A DNA stretch of 64,000 bases, taken from the NCBI GenBank assembly GCA_035945795.1, contig DASYZU010000020.1, positions 7,199-71,198 on the forward strand, given 5' to 3'. Position numbers and translations under genes: made by a program. The notes beneath the pieces are model-generated. The model did not search any database. It was not told the DNA's origin and saw only the letters and a program-made list of their open reading frames with translations. The stretch comes from Terracidiphilus sp. (GTDB lineage Bacteria > Acidobacteriota > Terriglobia > Terriglobales > Acidobacteriaceae). The stretch's first letter is position 1. Each line of letters starts with the position of its first letter. Shown here piece after piece: positions 26,992 through 35,761 of the stretch.

Positions 26992-27683
26992 GCGTGTACC
27001 TCCGTCGCGACGTTGCCATAGAGTGTGCGGCGAATGCAGTCAAAGCCAGTGGTGCCGCTGTTGTAGACGGGCACTGCGGTCTTACCCAGGAAGGGCTCCA
27101 GCGCAGACATGGAGAGCTGCGCGAGCACGATGGAATCGACTTTGCCGGAGAGTTTGTCGATTTCCTCGAGCAAAATGTTGTTGTGCGTATCCTTGTCGCC
27201 CTTCTGAATGGCCGCAAAGGCCTCGGGGCGCATCACGGTTGTGATATCCACCGGCAATCCCTTTTCAGCCGCCACAATGCGCAGCAAACGTTCAGACGAG
27301 GGCACGGTGGTGGCCAGCGTCGCCAGCAGTCCTACGCGGCGGCCTTGTGCAACAGCAAGCTCCATCATGGGGCGATCGATCTGCATGATCGGAATATCGA
27401 TCATGGGGCGCGCCAGCTCAGCCGCATAGTTGAAGGTAGAGCAAGCCAGAAGAATCAGTTCAACGCCAGACTCCTGCAGGTTGTGTGCGTATTGCGCGAA
27501 CTTGAAGTAGTTGTTCTTCGGAATCACGCCGACGCCGGCGGCGATATTATCGCGCTGAATCGTGTCGTCGCAGAGGTGCATTACGTCGACGTCGGGAATA
27601 TAGCGCTCAAGAAATGGCTGCATGGCGCGAATGGTGAGATGAACCGCATGAATGATGCCGATAGTCTTTGTTTGCTTTTCCAT
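26988..27683 (-). CDS. Asp/Glu/hydantoin racemase-fold protein, single-cysteine variant
   Basis: ILLACST (first catalytic Cys), PIMQIDRPM, RVGLLAT..TT. The second catalytic position reads IVLAQLSM rather than GCT. Confidence 0.85.
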   Translation of the reverse strand: MEKQTKTIGIIHAVHLTIRAMQPFLERYIPDVDVMHLCDDTIQRDNIAAGVGVIPKNNYFKFAQYAHNLQESGVELILLACSTFNYAAELARPMIDIPIMQIDRPMMELAVAQGRRVGLLATLATTVPSSERLLRIVAAEKGLPVDITTVMRPEAFAAIQKGDKDTHNNILLEEIDKLSGKVDSIVLAQLSMSALEPFLGKTAVPVYNSGTTGFDCIRRTLYGNVATEVHA

Positions 27684-27711
27684 ATTCTTGTCTCCTATGT
27701 GTTATTAAGTT

Positions 27712-28989
27712 TCATGCTGCGACGAAACGGGCCGCCTTTGGCTTGAAATCAATTGGGCCAACGACGCGAATCGTCAGCAGGATGACGCAGAACCCTATCA
27801 GGTGCAGAACGCCGACACACGCGAATACGGGTCCGTAGCCAAATCCGTGATCGAGCAGCAATCCGACGACAAGGCCAAAAACAATGCCGCCCATTGCGCC
27901 GCCAAAGCCAACCAGTCCGGCAAACGAACCCACCACGCTGGAGGGAACAAGGTCAGAGGGCAAAGTCATCACCAGCGTGGACCACGATTGCTGACCGGCA
28001 AAGGCGATGCTGAAAAGAACAATCACCAGTTCTACGGGAGAGTGCATTACCAGAAGAATTGAAGGCATTACACCGGCGCTGACGCCGAGCGCAATCTTGC
28101 GCGACATGTTGAGCGAGAAGCCGCGCTGGATCAGCCGGCTCGAGAACCAACCTCCCAGCAGGCTCCCCACGCCAGCGGCGGCGTAGGGAATCCAGGCGAA
28201 ATAGCCTACTCGCTTGGTATCGAAATGGTGCACGTCATACAGATATTTGGGCAGCCAGAAGATGTAGAAGTACCAGGCAGCATCGCTGAGGAACTTGGCG
28301 AAGACCAGGCCGGAAACCTGCGGATAACGGAAGAGATCGATCCAGCGAATCTTCGCGTCACTCTTCACCTTGGGCGCGAGCACTTCGGCAAGCTCCTGCC
28401 TTTCGCCCGCACTCAGGCGCGGATGCGACGCGGCAGGCTGGTAGTCGCGGATCCACCAGATAGTCCACACCAGGCCGACTGCGCCGGCCAGAAAGAAGAC
28501 CCATCGCCAGCTCAGGTGCGCCAGCGTGAGGGCAATCAAGGGTGGAGCAGCAACGGCGCCAACAGCAGTGCCGGCGTTCATCATGCCCATGGCGGTGGAG
28601 CGCTCGTGTGCGGGAAACCACTCGGCCATGGCCTTGGTCGCGGCCGGAAACCCTCCACCCTCGCCCATACCCAGCAGAAACAGGCAAACAGCCAGCATCG
28701 GGACACTGGTAGCCAGCCCCTGGCTTGCACAAGCCAGCGACCACCACAGCATGATAAGCAGAAAGCCCTTGCGCGTCCCCAGAACATCAATCAGCTTTCC
28801 GCTGCCGGCGTACATCAGCGCATAGGCGGCCAGGAACGCCGCCTGCAGATGAGAGAACTGCGTATTCGTGACGGGAATCTCCCGCTGGATGGCCCGAATC
28901 GCTATAGGAAGCGTCTGCCGGTCGAAATAGCTGATCGCTATTGCGGCCGTGATCAGCAAGGCCATCTTCCAACGCAGTACTTTATTCAT
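27712..28989 (-). CDS. MFS transporter, ExuT/anion:cation symporter-like sugar-acid importer
   Basis: AISYFDRQTL, GKLIDVLGTRKG, GEGGGFPAATKAMAEWFP..ERS, WRWVF, YFYIFWLPKYL. Confidence 0.92.
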   Translation of the reverse strand: MNKVLRWKMALLITAAIAISYFDRQTLPIAIRAIQREIPVTNTQFSHLQAAFLAAYALMYAGSGKLIDVLGTRKGFLLIMLWWSLACASQGLATSVPMLAVCLFLLGMGEGGGFPAATKAMAEWFPAHERSTAMGMMNAGTAVGAVAAPPLIALTLAHLSWRWVFFLAGAVGLVWTIWWIRDYQPAASHPRLSAGERQELAEVLAPKVKSDAKIRWIDLFRYPQVSGLVFAKFLSDAAWYFYIFWLPKYLYDVHHFDTKRVGYFAWIPYAAAGVGSLLGGWFSSRLIQRGFSLNMSRKIALGVSAGVMPSILLVMHSPVELVIVLFSIAFAGQQSWSTLVMTLPSDLVPSSVVGSFAGLVGFGGAMGGIVFGLVVGLLLDHGFGYGPVFACVGVLHLIGFCVILLTIRVVGPIDFKPKAARFVAA

Positions 28990-29170
28990 GGCGCCGACTC
29001 GTGTAAAACAGATTGTTGACCCTTAAAGAACGGGTGTGGGAAGCGAGACAGACACCACAATGCCCAACGACACAAAAAAGACTGCGACGGTCACGAAGTC
29101 GAGCAATCTAAGTCCGATTGTCTGAGACCTGAGGCTTCCCAGTTGCCAGGAACGCTGGGCTTGCCTATAA

Positions 29171-29217
29171 ACATCAGACAGCCTGATGTGCTGATGTTCT
29201 AGCCAGCGAACTATAAT
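29171..29217. promoter_or_regulatory. Candidate FadR-family operator and -10 box in the divergent MFS/regulator promoter
   Basis: ACATCAG-acagc-CTGATGT inverted repeat (29171-29189), a second CTGATGT at 29191-29197, and TATAAT at 29212-29217. Confidence 0.6.
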
Positions 29218-29232
29218 CAAGGCAGGGTAACC

Positions 29233-29964
29233 ATGTCAATGCTAAAACCGGTTTCCAGAGTCACATTAGGAGAGCAGGTTGCGGCCCAGCTCTCCGATCA
29301 GATCGCCGAGGGCAGGTGGAAGCCTGGCGAAAAGCTGCCTTCCGAGGCAGAGCTTTGCTTTGCTTTGAATATCGGGCGGTCTACGCTGCGCGAGGCGTTG
29401 AAGTCGCTGGCATTCGTGGGCATGGTGCAGATGCGGCCGGGCGAGGGAACCTATGTTATTGAAGGGTCAGTACTTTTGATCGAACGCATCATGGCGAAGG
29501 GGCTCCTAAAGACCGATAAGGAACTCCAGGACGTTGGCGAGGCCCGCCTCCTGATTGAGGGTGAAACCGCGGCTCTGGCTGCGGAGCGAGCAGACACGAA
29601 CGATCTGCAGCAACTGGACTCGCTGATGGAGGAAATGACGCAGAGCCTGAACGGCGTCGGTCGCGATTTTGTCGATTTGGACGTGGAATTTCACCTCACC
29701 ATCGCCCAATGCGCCAAGAACCAGATGCTGTTCGAACTCCTGACCCCGATTCGCGGCGTCCTCAAGGAGTGGATCAGTAAGTCGCAGGAGTTGCCGGGAA
29801 TCAAAGAAAACGCACACGGGCAGCACGCCAAGATCCTTGCCGCCGTGCGCAGCCGGGAGCCGGAAAAGGCAAGGCACGCCATGAGGACTCATTTGCAGAC
29901 CTGCGAAAAAATGTTCAGCCTGCTGGGTAGAATCTCAGTCAACAAAGAACACATTGAAGTTTGA
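29233..29964 (+). CDS. GntR/FadR-family transcriptional regulator (wHTH plus FCD)
   Basis: GEKLPSEAELCFALNIGRSTLREALKSL..VG...RPGEGTYV; FCD motif DVEFHLTIAQCAKN. Confidence 0.95.
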   Translation: MSMLKPVSRVTLGEQVAAQLSDQIAEGRWKPGEKLPSEAELCFALNIGRSTLREALKSLAFVGMVQMRPGEGTYVIEGSVLLIERIMAKGLLKTDKELQDVGEARLLIEGETAALAAERADTNDLQQLDSLMEEMTQSLNGVGRDFVDLDVEFHLTIAQCAKNQMLFELLTPIRGVLKEWISKSQELPGIKENAHGQHAKILAAVRSREPEKARHAMRTHLQTCEKMFSLLGRISVNKEHIEV

Positions 29965-30126
29965 CGGCGCACATCCGGCCAGCGCCGGAAAGCGCGGTGG
30001 GCTTTGTCGCTCGCGGAATAGGAAACTGAGGTCAGGGCACAGAAAGCAGAAGTGGGCCTAATTCGCTGGTTCCTACGAAACCGAAATTGATTACGGGCAT
30101 CTGTTAGCTGAGAACCAGTTTCACCG

Positions 30127-30202
30127 GCACCGGTGGCGAAGTGGCTAACGCGCAGGTCTGCAAAACCTGTATACGCGGGTTCGATCCCCGCCCGGTGCTC
30201 CA
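30127..30202 (+). tRNA. tRNA-Cys (GCA)
   Basis: Acceptor stem GCACCGG/CCGGTGC, anticodon arm CAGGT-CTGCAAA-ACCTG, T arm GCGGG-TTCGATC-CCCGC, discriminator T and encoded CCA. Confidence 0.97.
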
Positions 30203-30207
30203 AACTC

Positions 30208-30253
30208 AAAAGGCCGCGCCAATCCCTCGCGGGAGCGCGGCCTTTTTCCTTTT
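30208..30253. terminator. Intrinsic terminator after tRNA-Cys (probably bidirectional)
   Basis: AAAAGGCCGCGC...GCGCGGCCTTTT stem enclosing a TCCC-tcgc-GGGA mini-hairpin, followed by a T-tract. Confidence 0.85.
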
Positions 30254-30289
30254 GCATCTGACCCTACGGATTGCAGGCGCTGTATTCGA

Positions 30290-30541
30290 TCAGAGGGGAA
30301 TCAGCGGTCGCGGCAGGCGCGTCTTTGCGTGATCGAGAAACAACCTCATGCGCAGTGCCTCCGCGCGTTGCACGGCCACCAGGCGCATCTGTCTGCGAAT
30401 ATGGTCAGCGTTCTCGAGCTGCGCCGCGATCGCTTCGTCGCTCCCGGCGTCCCTTTCCAACCGTGCAATCCTGTCCTCGATGGTGCGTTGAAACCGCGGG
30501 CTGATCTCATAGGATTCATTGACGGCGCAATTAATGTTCAT
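30290..30541 (-). CDS. Small helical hypothetical protein (83 aa)
   Basis: GGAG RBS. Amphipathic coiled-coil-like sequence (IEDRIARLERDA). Confidence 0.7.
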   Translation of the reverse strand: MNINCAVNESYEISPRFQRTIEDRIARLERDAGSDEAIAAQLENADHIRRQMRLVAVQRAEALRMRLFLDHAKTRLPRPLIPL

Positions 30542-30693
30542 GGCAGGCTCCTCGGTGCAGGGTTTTCTGAGGCTGAAGATTTTTGGAATCCGGCCTCAAG
30601 TTTTTCCCACTCGCGCCGATATTAACGAAGACCCATGAAAGGCGCCAGATTACCAAGTTGCAGGACTTAGGTAATTGTTTGTCCTAAAACGAG

Positions 30694-30722
30694 GCAGGGG
30701 CGGAGTTTAACTCCGCCCCTGC
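30694..30722. terminator. GC-rich hairpin, probable terminator
   Basis: GCAGGGGCGGAGT-tta-ACTCCGCCCCTGC, a 13-bp perfect stem 48 nt downstream of the 30770 stop. Confidence 0.7.
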
Positions 30723-30769
30723 ATTCGGCGTTTGCGTGGCTTGGTCCGCACTACGTCCTTGAATTGCGT

Positions 30770-31741
30770 CTACCGCGCGGCCGCGATACCCAGCACCATC
30801 TGGGTTCCGGAATCGAGATGAATGTTCTTGTTTGCGCCCGAGAGCACACCCGATGCGGAGCTAGATGCCTCGCCATTCAACATCACTCCGGGAAATCCTG
30901 TCGCACGGGCGCCCAGGGAACCGGCACCGTAAGCCGCTCCACCCACCCCGCGTCCCAGGCTGCCGGTAGCGTCTCCGGTCGCGTTGGAGGTGGTGCGCAT
31001 AGCGCCGCCAGCCGTCGAGCCCAGGTCAGAACCAACCTGTCCCGTCGCCCTGGCCGCACCACCTGCGGTCGCTCCCAACAGGCCGCCACCGCCAACATGC
31101 CCGCCGCCGATTGCGCCGCCGCCCACTTGCCCGCCGCCACCAACCGGACCGCTCAAGGCTTCTTCGTCATTCATGGAAGTAGCTGCAACGGCGCTCGCAC
31201 TCGGCTCTATAGACTGAATCATCGAATGGATCGCAAAGCTCTGCCCACCCTTCAATTCCGCGCGGTCAAACTCAAGACCCATCCGAGACTCAGCGTGTCC
31301 CTTGCCATGCGCCTGAACCTCGGTAACGTGGCCTAGCAGCCGTGACCCCTTGGGGATTTCAGTTCCATCGGCAGTCCTCATCTTCTGCCTGGTCTTGAGC
31401 ACCACCGGATCGCCGGGCTTTGAGGACTTCGAGTCCAGCTTGCCTTCAAGCTCACCTTTCACGGGCCGCATCTCCATGGAGCCCTCACCAGCGCCGTATG
31501 CTGAGGCGTTCGCTCGGCCACTGTCATTTGCCGTCAACGAACTCTCTGCGCTGCCGCTGGTCTGAGCCTTGCCAGAACTAGCCTGCGCGCTCGCGCCCGC
31601 ATTCGCTGAATCATTAACCTGGGAGCCGGCAACAGACGCCGAAGCGTTCTGCTGTGCACTTGCATCTGCTTGTTGCGCCATCGTCAGGGGAAGGCTCGCA
31701 AAGGTGGCCATTGCCACCGCGAGTAACTTGGCAGATTTCAT
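30770..31741 (-). CDS. Exported Gly/Ala/Ser-rich hypothetical protein (TrbI/VirB10-like beta domain suspected)
   Basis: GGAGG RBS before ATG 31741, signal peptide, LDSKSSKPGDPVVLK...IPKGSRLLGHVTEV, C-terminal NIHLDSGTQMVL. Confidence 0.8.
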   Translation of the reverse strand: MKSAKLLAVAMATFASLPLTMAQQADASAQQNASASVAGSQVNDSANAGASAQASSGKAQTSGSAESSLTANDSGRANASAYGAGEGSMEMRPVKGELEGKLDSKSSKPGDPVVLKTRQKMRTADGTEIPKGSRLLGHVTEVQAHGKGHAESRMGLEFDRAELKGGQSFAIHSMIQSIEPSASAVAATSMNDEEALSGPVGGGGQVGGGAIGGGHVGGGGLLGATAGGAARATGQVGSDLGSTAGGAMRTTSNATGDATGSLGRGVGGAAYGAGSLGARATGFPGVMLNGEASSSASGVLSGANKNIHLDSGTQMVLGIAAAR

Positions 31742-32035
31742 TTGTGATCCTCCAATAGGGTCGTCCTGCTGGTCCACCCCCCGGCTAGCCGTCGGTGGAT
31801 GTTCAGTAAGATACCCAGATGGTGGCAAATGTTGCGCCAAACCGGTAGCACAAAGATGACGAAAGGGTCCCTCGTAAGTTGCAGGTTGGGAAGAAGTTGG
31901 ATCGGAGCCCCTCGGATGCGCGATTTTGGGGAAGTGACCACACCCGGGTCTGAAAGGGAGTTTCTTACATGATCGTGTAAGTATTGCTCTCTGGCCGCGC
32001 ACTTTGCCGGCGCATCGTTCCGATAGACACGCTAA

Positions 32036-33100
32036 CTAATTCTGCGGCGCCAATGCGTAGTAGCCCCGGCGTACCTGCACCTTCATTGCATCGCCCTGGC
32101 ACTGCACCGCAATGCGCCGGAAGGTTCCGTCCAGCTTGATGTTGCTGGGTGTATAGCTGGCCACATACTGGGTGCGCAGTTCGTCTTCGATCTGCTGAAA
32201 GGCCGCCTCCAGTTTCTTGCCGTTGTTGCCTACGTCGATCAGGCGGCCGCCGGTCTCATCCGACAGTCTCTTCGCCGCCGAGAAACCGCTGTAGCCGAAG
32301 GTGAACCCGCCATAGAACCCACGGTCGGCAATCAGAATCACGTAAATAATTACGTTGGACTTCTGCGCCGCAGCGATCGCTTCGCCAATCTTGGTGCGGC
32401 TGCCCTGGTCCTCTCCATCGGTCAGGATGATCATTGCCTTGCGGCCGCTCTCCTGGTTCAGCTTTTCGTTAGCGGCAAGGTTGATCGCGTCGTAGAGCAG
32501 CGTCCCCTTGGGATCTCCTACAGTGGGAACAGTCCCTCCACCGGCTCCGGGAATACCCGCCCCTCCGTTGCCGCCCGCGGTGTTGATTTCTGCCTTGCTC
32601 ATGGCCCGCGCCAGCTGCCGCGGACTGTTCGTGAAGTCCTGCAGCAGGTCCACATCCACATCGAACGAGATCAGAAACGCTTCATCCTTCGATTTCAGCA
32701 CATGCTGAAGAAACTGGGCACCTGCATCCTGTTCGAGCGGCAACACCTCCTGTTGGCTGCCGGAGGTGTCCAGCAGTATCCCCAGGGTCAATGGCTGATT
32801 GGTTTCGGCCACAAAGCTCTTCAGTGTCTGCGGCACCTTATCTTCCAGCACCGTGCAGTCGTTCCTCGTGAGATGAGGAACCAGCTGTCCGCTCTTGTCC
32901 TTGACGGTAAAAAACAGGTCAACGAGGTTGACATTCATTTTGAGGGTTGCAACTGCGGTCTCATCGGGGGAGGGGGCCGGAGCATGGCTCACCGGGGCTG
33001 CGTCCGGTGAGGGAGCAAGTTGAGCCCATCCCGCCGCGGACAAGCCCGGCAGACCGAGAAACAGAACCGCAACTCCAAATCGGACGCTCATACTGCTCAT
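32036..33100 (-). CDS. VWA-domain protein (acidobacterial VWFA-related)
   Basis: MIDAS motif DTSGS, GTLLYDAI, RKAMIILTDGED, LSDETGG, ELRTQYVASYTP, VRRGYY. Start approximate. Confidence 0.9.
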   Translation of the reverse strand: MSSMSVRFGVAVLFLGLPGLSAAGWAQLAPSPDAAPVSHAPAPSPDETAVATLKMNVNLVDLFFTVKDKSGQLVPHLTRNDCTVLEDKVPQTLKSFVAETNQPLTLGILLDTSGSQQEVLPLEQDAGAQFLQHVLKSKDEAFLISFDVDVDLLQDFTNSPRQLARAMSKAEINTAGGNGGAGIPGAGGGTVPTVGDPKGTLLYDAINLAANEKLNQESGRKAMIILTDGEDQGSRTKIGEAIAAAQKSNVIIYVILIADRGFYGGFTFGYSGFSAAKRLSDETGGRLIDVGNNGKKLEAAFQQIEDELRTQYVASYTPSNIKLDGTFRRIAVQCQGDAMKVQVRRGYYALAPQN

Positions 33101-33308
33101 ATAGACGGAAATGGTACTCCTAAGAGAGCATACTGGAACTCTTTCTGCGCTGACGGGCAACCAGCACGGCTCTGGCGCGTCTGATACTCTGACAGGTGCA
33201 GCCCTGCTGGCTGGCCAGGCCAGTGCGGATTGCGTCCGCCGGTCGTTCAACGGCAGGATGCGTCGGTCTGGGAGGACGAAAATACCTGTGAAGCTCAGTT
33301 CTACAGCA

Positions 33309-34631
33309 ATGGCGCTGACGGCGCTCCTCAGTTCAACCCTGTATCTGAGCCCGGTGGCTTTGCCTCAAACGCAGCAGTCAACAGTACCTGATGCCCCTGC
33401 ACCCCAGGCGACTCCCTCGCTGTCTGATGTGGGCGGCCCCATTACCCCCGGCAAGGGCGCCGCGAGCACGCCAGCCACTCCATCTGACTCTTCGCCATCC
33501 GGACCCGGTTCGTCTTCCGCAACGTCCGATCAGCAACAGCCGGCGCCCAACAGCCCGCCGCCAGTGAGCCATCCGAGCCAGCCACCCGCCAAGGATGATT
33601 TCCAAACCGCCCCTCCTGAGGAAGGCGCAGCCGCACTCACCAAGTACGTCGTAAACGTGAACTTCGTCGAGGTCCCGGTCACCGTCAAGGACTCGAAGGG
33701 AAACCTGGTGGCCGGACTCACTCAACGCGATTTCAAGGTTTTTGAAAACAATGTTCGTGAGCCGCTCAGGGTATTCAGCGTTGATCCGGCTCCACTATCC
33801 ATCGCTTTTGTGATCGATCAGAGCTTGACCTCCGATGTGATGGCCAAGGTGAACGACTCCCTCGACGCCGTCCAGGGCGCGCTTACTCCCTACGATGAGG
33901 CAGCGGTCTTTACGTATAACAACGGGGCCAAAGAGTGGACCGGCTTTACCGGCGCGCAGGGCAACCGCTTGCCCGCTGTGCTTGCGCTGGCCAAGGCAAC
34001 CGGCAGCGATGAGCAGGTGCCGACCAATAGCGGTCCGCTCGCCGGCTGCAACATCCGCGAGAACGGGAACTGCGTCGACCCCAACCTGCAGCCAGGTCGC
34101 TCGGCAGGCAACGCCTCCTTCATTACTCTTCCCAAGGAGATTCATACCCTCAACGACGCCATACTGTCCGCGGCTAAGGAACTGTCCACTCGTCCCAAGG
34201 AGCGCCGCCGCATTATCTACGTCGTTTCCGATGGCAAAGAGTACGGCAGCAAGGCGACTCTCCGCGAGGTCATCCGCTACCTGCAGACCAACAAGATCAC
34301 CGTGTATGCAACCGGTGTAGGCGCCTCCGCAGTCTGGGGCGAGGGCTACGTCAGCCGCATTCATCTGCCCTTCACCATGTACGACAACATCCTGTTCAAA
34401 TACACCGTTGCCACCGGCGGCGACCTTGACTCAGAGCGCGGCGTGAACGGAATTGAGAAGAGCTACGCGAAGATCGCCAGCGAAGCGCGCACCCAGTACA
34501 CGCTGGGCTACCTCAGCCACGAGTCGATTTACGATAGCAAATATCGCGCCATCGAAGTGCATGTGGATCGCCCCGGCCTGGAAGTGATCACCAAGAGGGG
34601 CTATTATCCGTCCGGTCAGGACTATAAATAG
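33309..34631 (+). CDS. VWA-domain protein (acidobacterial VWFA-related) with Pro/Ser-rich N-terminal linker
   Basis: VNFVEVPVTVKD, FVIDQS, HTLNDAI, RIIYVVSDGKE, ATGG, EARTQYTLGY, KRGYYP. Start uncertain (33258/33288/33309). Confidence 0.88.
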   Translation: MALTALLSSTLYLSPVALPQTQQSTVPDAPAPQATPSLSDVGGPITPGKGAASTPATPSDSSPSGPGSSSATSDQQQPAPNSPPPVSHPSQPPAKDDFQTAPPEEGAAALTKYVVNVNFVEVPVTVKDSKGNLVAGLTQRDFKVFENNVREPLRVFSVDPAPLSIAFVIDQSLTSDVMAKVNDSLDAVQGALTPYDEAAVFTYNNGAKEWTGFTGAQGNRLPAVLALAKATGSDEQVPTNSGPLAGCNIRENGNCVDPNLQPGRSAGNASFITLPKEIHTLNDAILSAAKELSTRPKERRRIIYVVSDGKEYGSKATLREVIRYLQTNKITVYATGVGASAVWGEGYVSRIHLPFTMYDNILFKYTVATGGDLDSERGVNGIEKSYAKIASEARTQYTLGYLSHESIYDSKYRAIEVHVDRPGLEVITKRGYYPSGQDYK

Positions 34632-34762
34632 CGTGAACAGGCACGATCGCGTTTCCATGATCACTGCAATTCAGAGCCGCTACCCTCAAGTCGACGCGAC
34701 CATCGGAGAGCGGCGACCTTGAATGAACTCGAAAACAACTTGGCAACCATGGAAACGCTGAG

Positions 34763-35608
34763 GTGAATCCATCGGGAACCTCAGCCGGCTTGGGGTTAGT
34801 GTCGGCCGCCTCCTGGGGCGGTTCCGACTTTGTGGGTGGAATAGGAGCGCGCCGCGCTCCCGCTCTGCTGGTGGTCGCATCCGGTCATATCGTCTCCTTT
34901 TTCATCTTGCTGGCCTACTGCCTCGGGATCCGGCTGGCTTTGCCCGGCTCGCACTATCTGCTCTATGCCCTAATCGGGGGCTTTGAAGGTTCGATAGCGC
35001 TGGCCATCTTCTATCGCGCACTCGCCATGGGCGCCATGGGGCTCACCGCCGCACTTACCGGCGTGCTCACCGCACTGGTTCCGGTCGTCTTTTCCGTGTT
35101 TATGGATGGCCTTCCAAGTCTCCTCACCGCGTTGGGATTGGCCGCGGGACTTGCCGCCATCTGGCTCATCACCCATTCACCGTCAAAAGACGGCCCTGCT
35201 ACGCCACCGGCAGCGCTGCTGCTCGGCGCGCTGGCAGGTACCGGGTTTGGCGCCCAGCTGATCCTATTCAAAATGGCCAGTGCAGGCGGCCTGCTGTGGA
35301 CCATGACCTCAGCGCGAGCCGCCGGCAGCGTGGCTATGATCCTGGTTATTCTGGTGAAGCCGCCCAAGGGACCATGGCGGGGCTTCTGGCAGACCGGAAT
35401 CCTTGCCGGCTTACTCGACACGATGGGCAATCTGTTCTATATCCGAGCCACCCAGATTGGCCGTTTGGACGTGGCTGCGGTGGTCTGCTCACTCTATCCC
35501 GCCGGCACCATTCTGCTGGCCGCGCTGGTACTCCACGAGCGGCCCACGCGCCGCCAGATCGCAGGCATGGCGATAGCTCTGGTCGCGGTAATGCTGCTCA
35601 GCCTTTAG
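34763..35608 (+). CDS. EamA/DMT-family transporter
   Basis: About 10 TM helices. WGGSDFVGG, FYRALAMGAM, SLYPAGTILLAALVLHER. Confidence 0.9.
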   Translation: MNPSGTSAGLGLVSAASWGGSDFVGGIGARRAPALLVVASGHIVSFFILLAYCLGIRLALPGSHYLLYALIGGFEGSIALAIFYRALAMGAMGLTAALTGVLTALVPVVFSVFMDGLPSLLTALGLAAGLAAIWLITHSPSKDGPATPPAALLLGALAGTGFGAQLILFKMASAGGLLWTMTSARAAGSVAMILVILVKPPKGPWRGFWQTGILAGLLDTMGNLFYIRATQIGRLDVAAVVCSLYPAGTILLAALVLHERPTRRQIAGMAIALVAVMLLSL

Positions 35609-35636
35609 AATCTGCCCGTTTGACCCAAACGCACAA

Positions 35637-35660
35637 AGACCTGTGCCGCAGCACAGGTCT
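35637..35660. terminator. Hairpin between convergent eamA and tatA
   Basis: AGACCTGTGC-cgca-GCACAGGTCT, a perfect 10-bp stem. Confidence 0.65.
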
Positions 35661-35761
35661 CGTGAAATGCCAAAAATCGCGCCGTACATGGCCGAGAGGA
35701 TCAGCAGCTATTCCAAACTCGGAATCCCGCCCAGCCCCCCACGGTGCGTCGTGCTATTCGA

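Noticed and set aside
30127-30260. tRNA-Cys as integration site of a genomic island
   Set aside because: No integrase, and I saw no duplicate of the tRNA 3' end in the window. The carbohydrate block lies on the 5' side of the tRNA.
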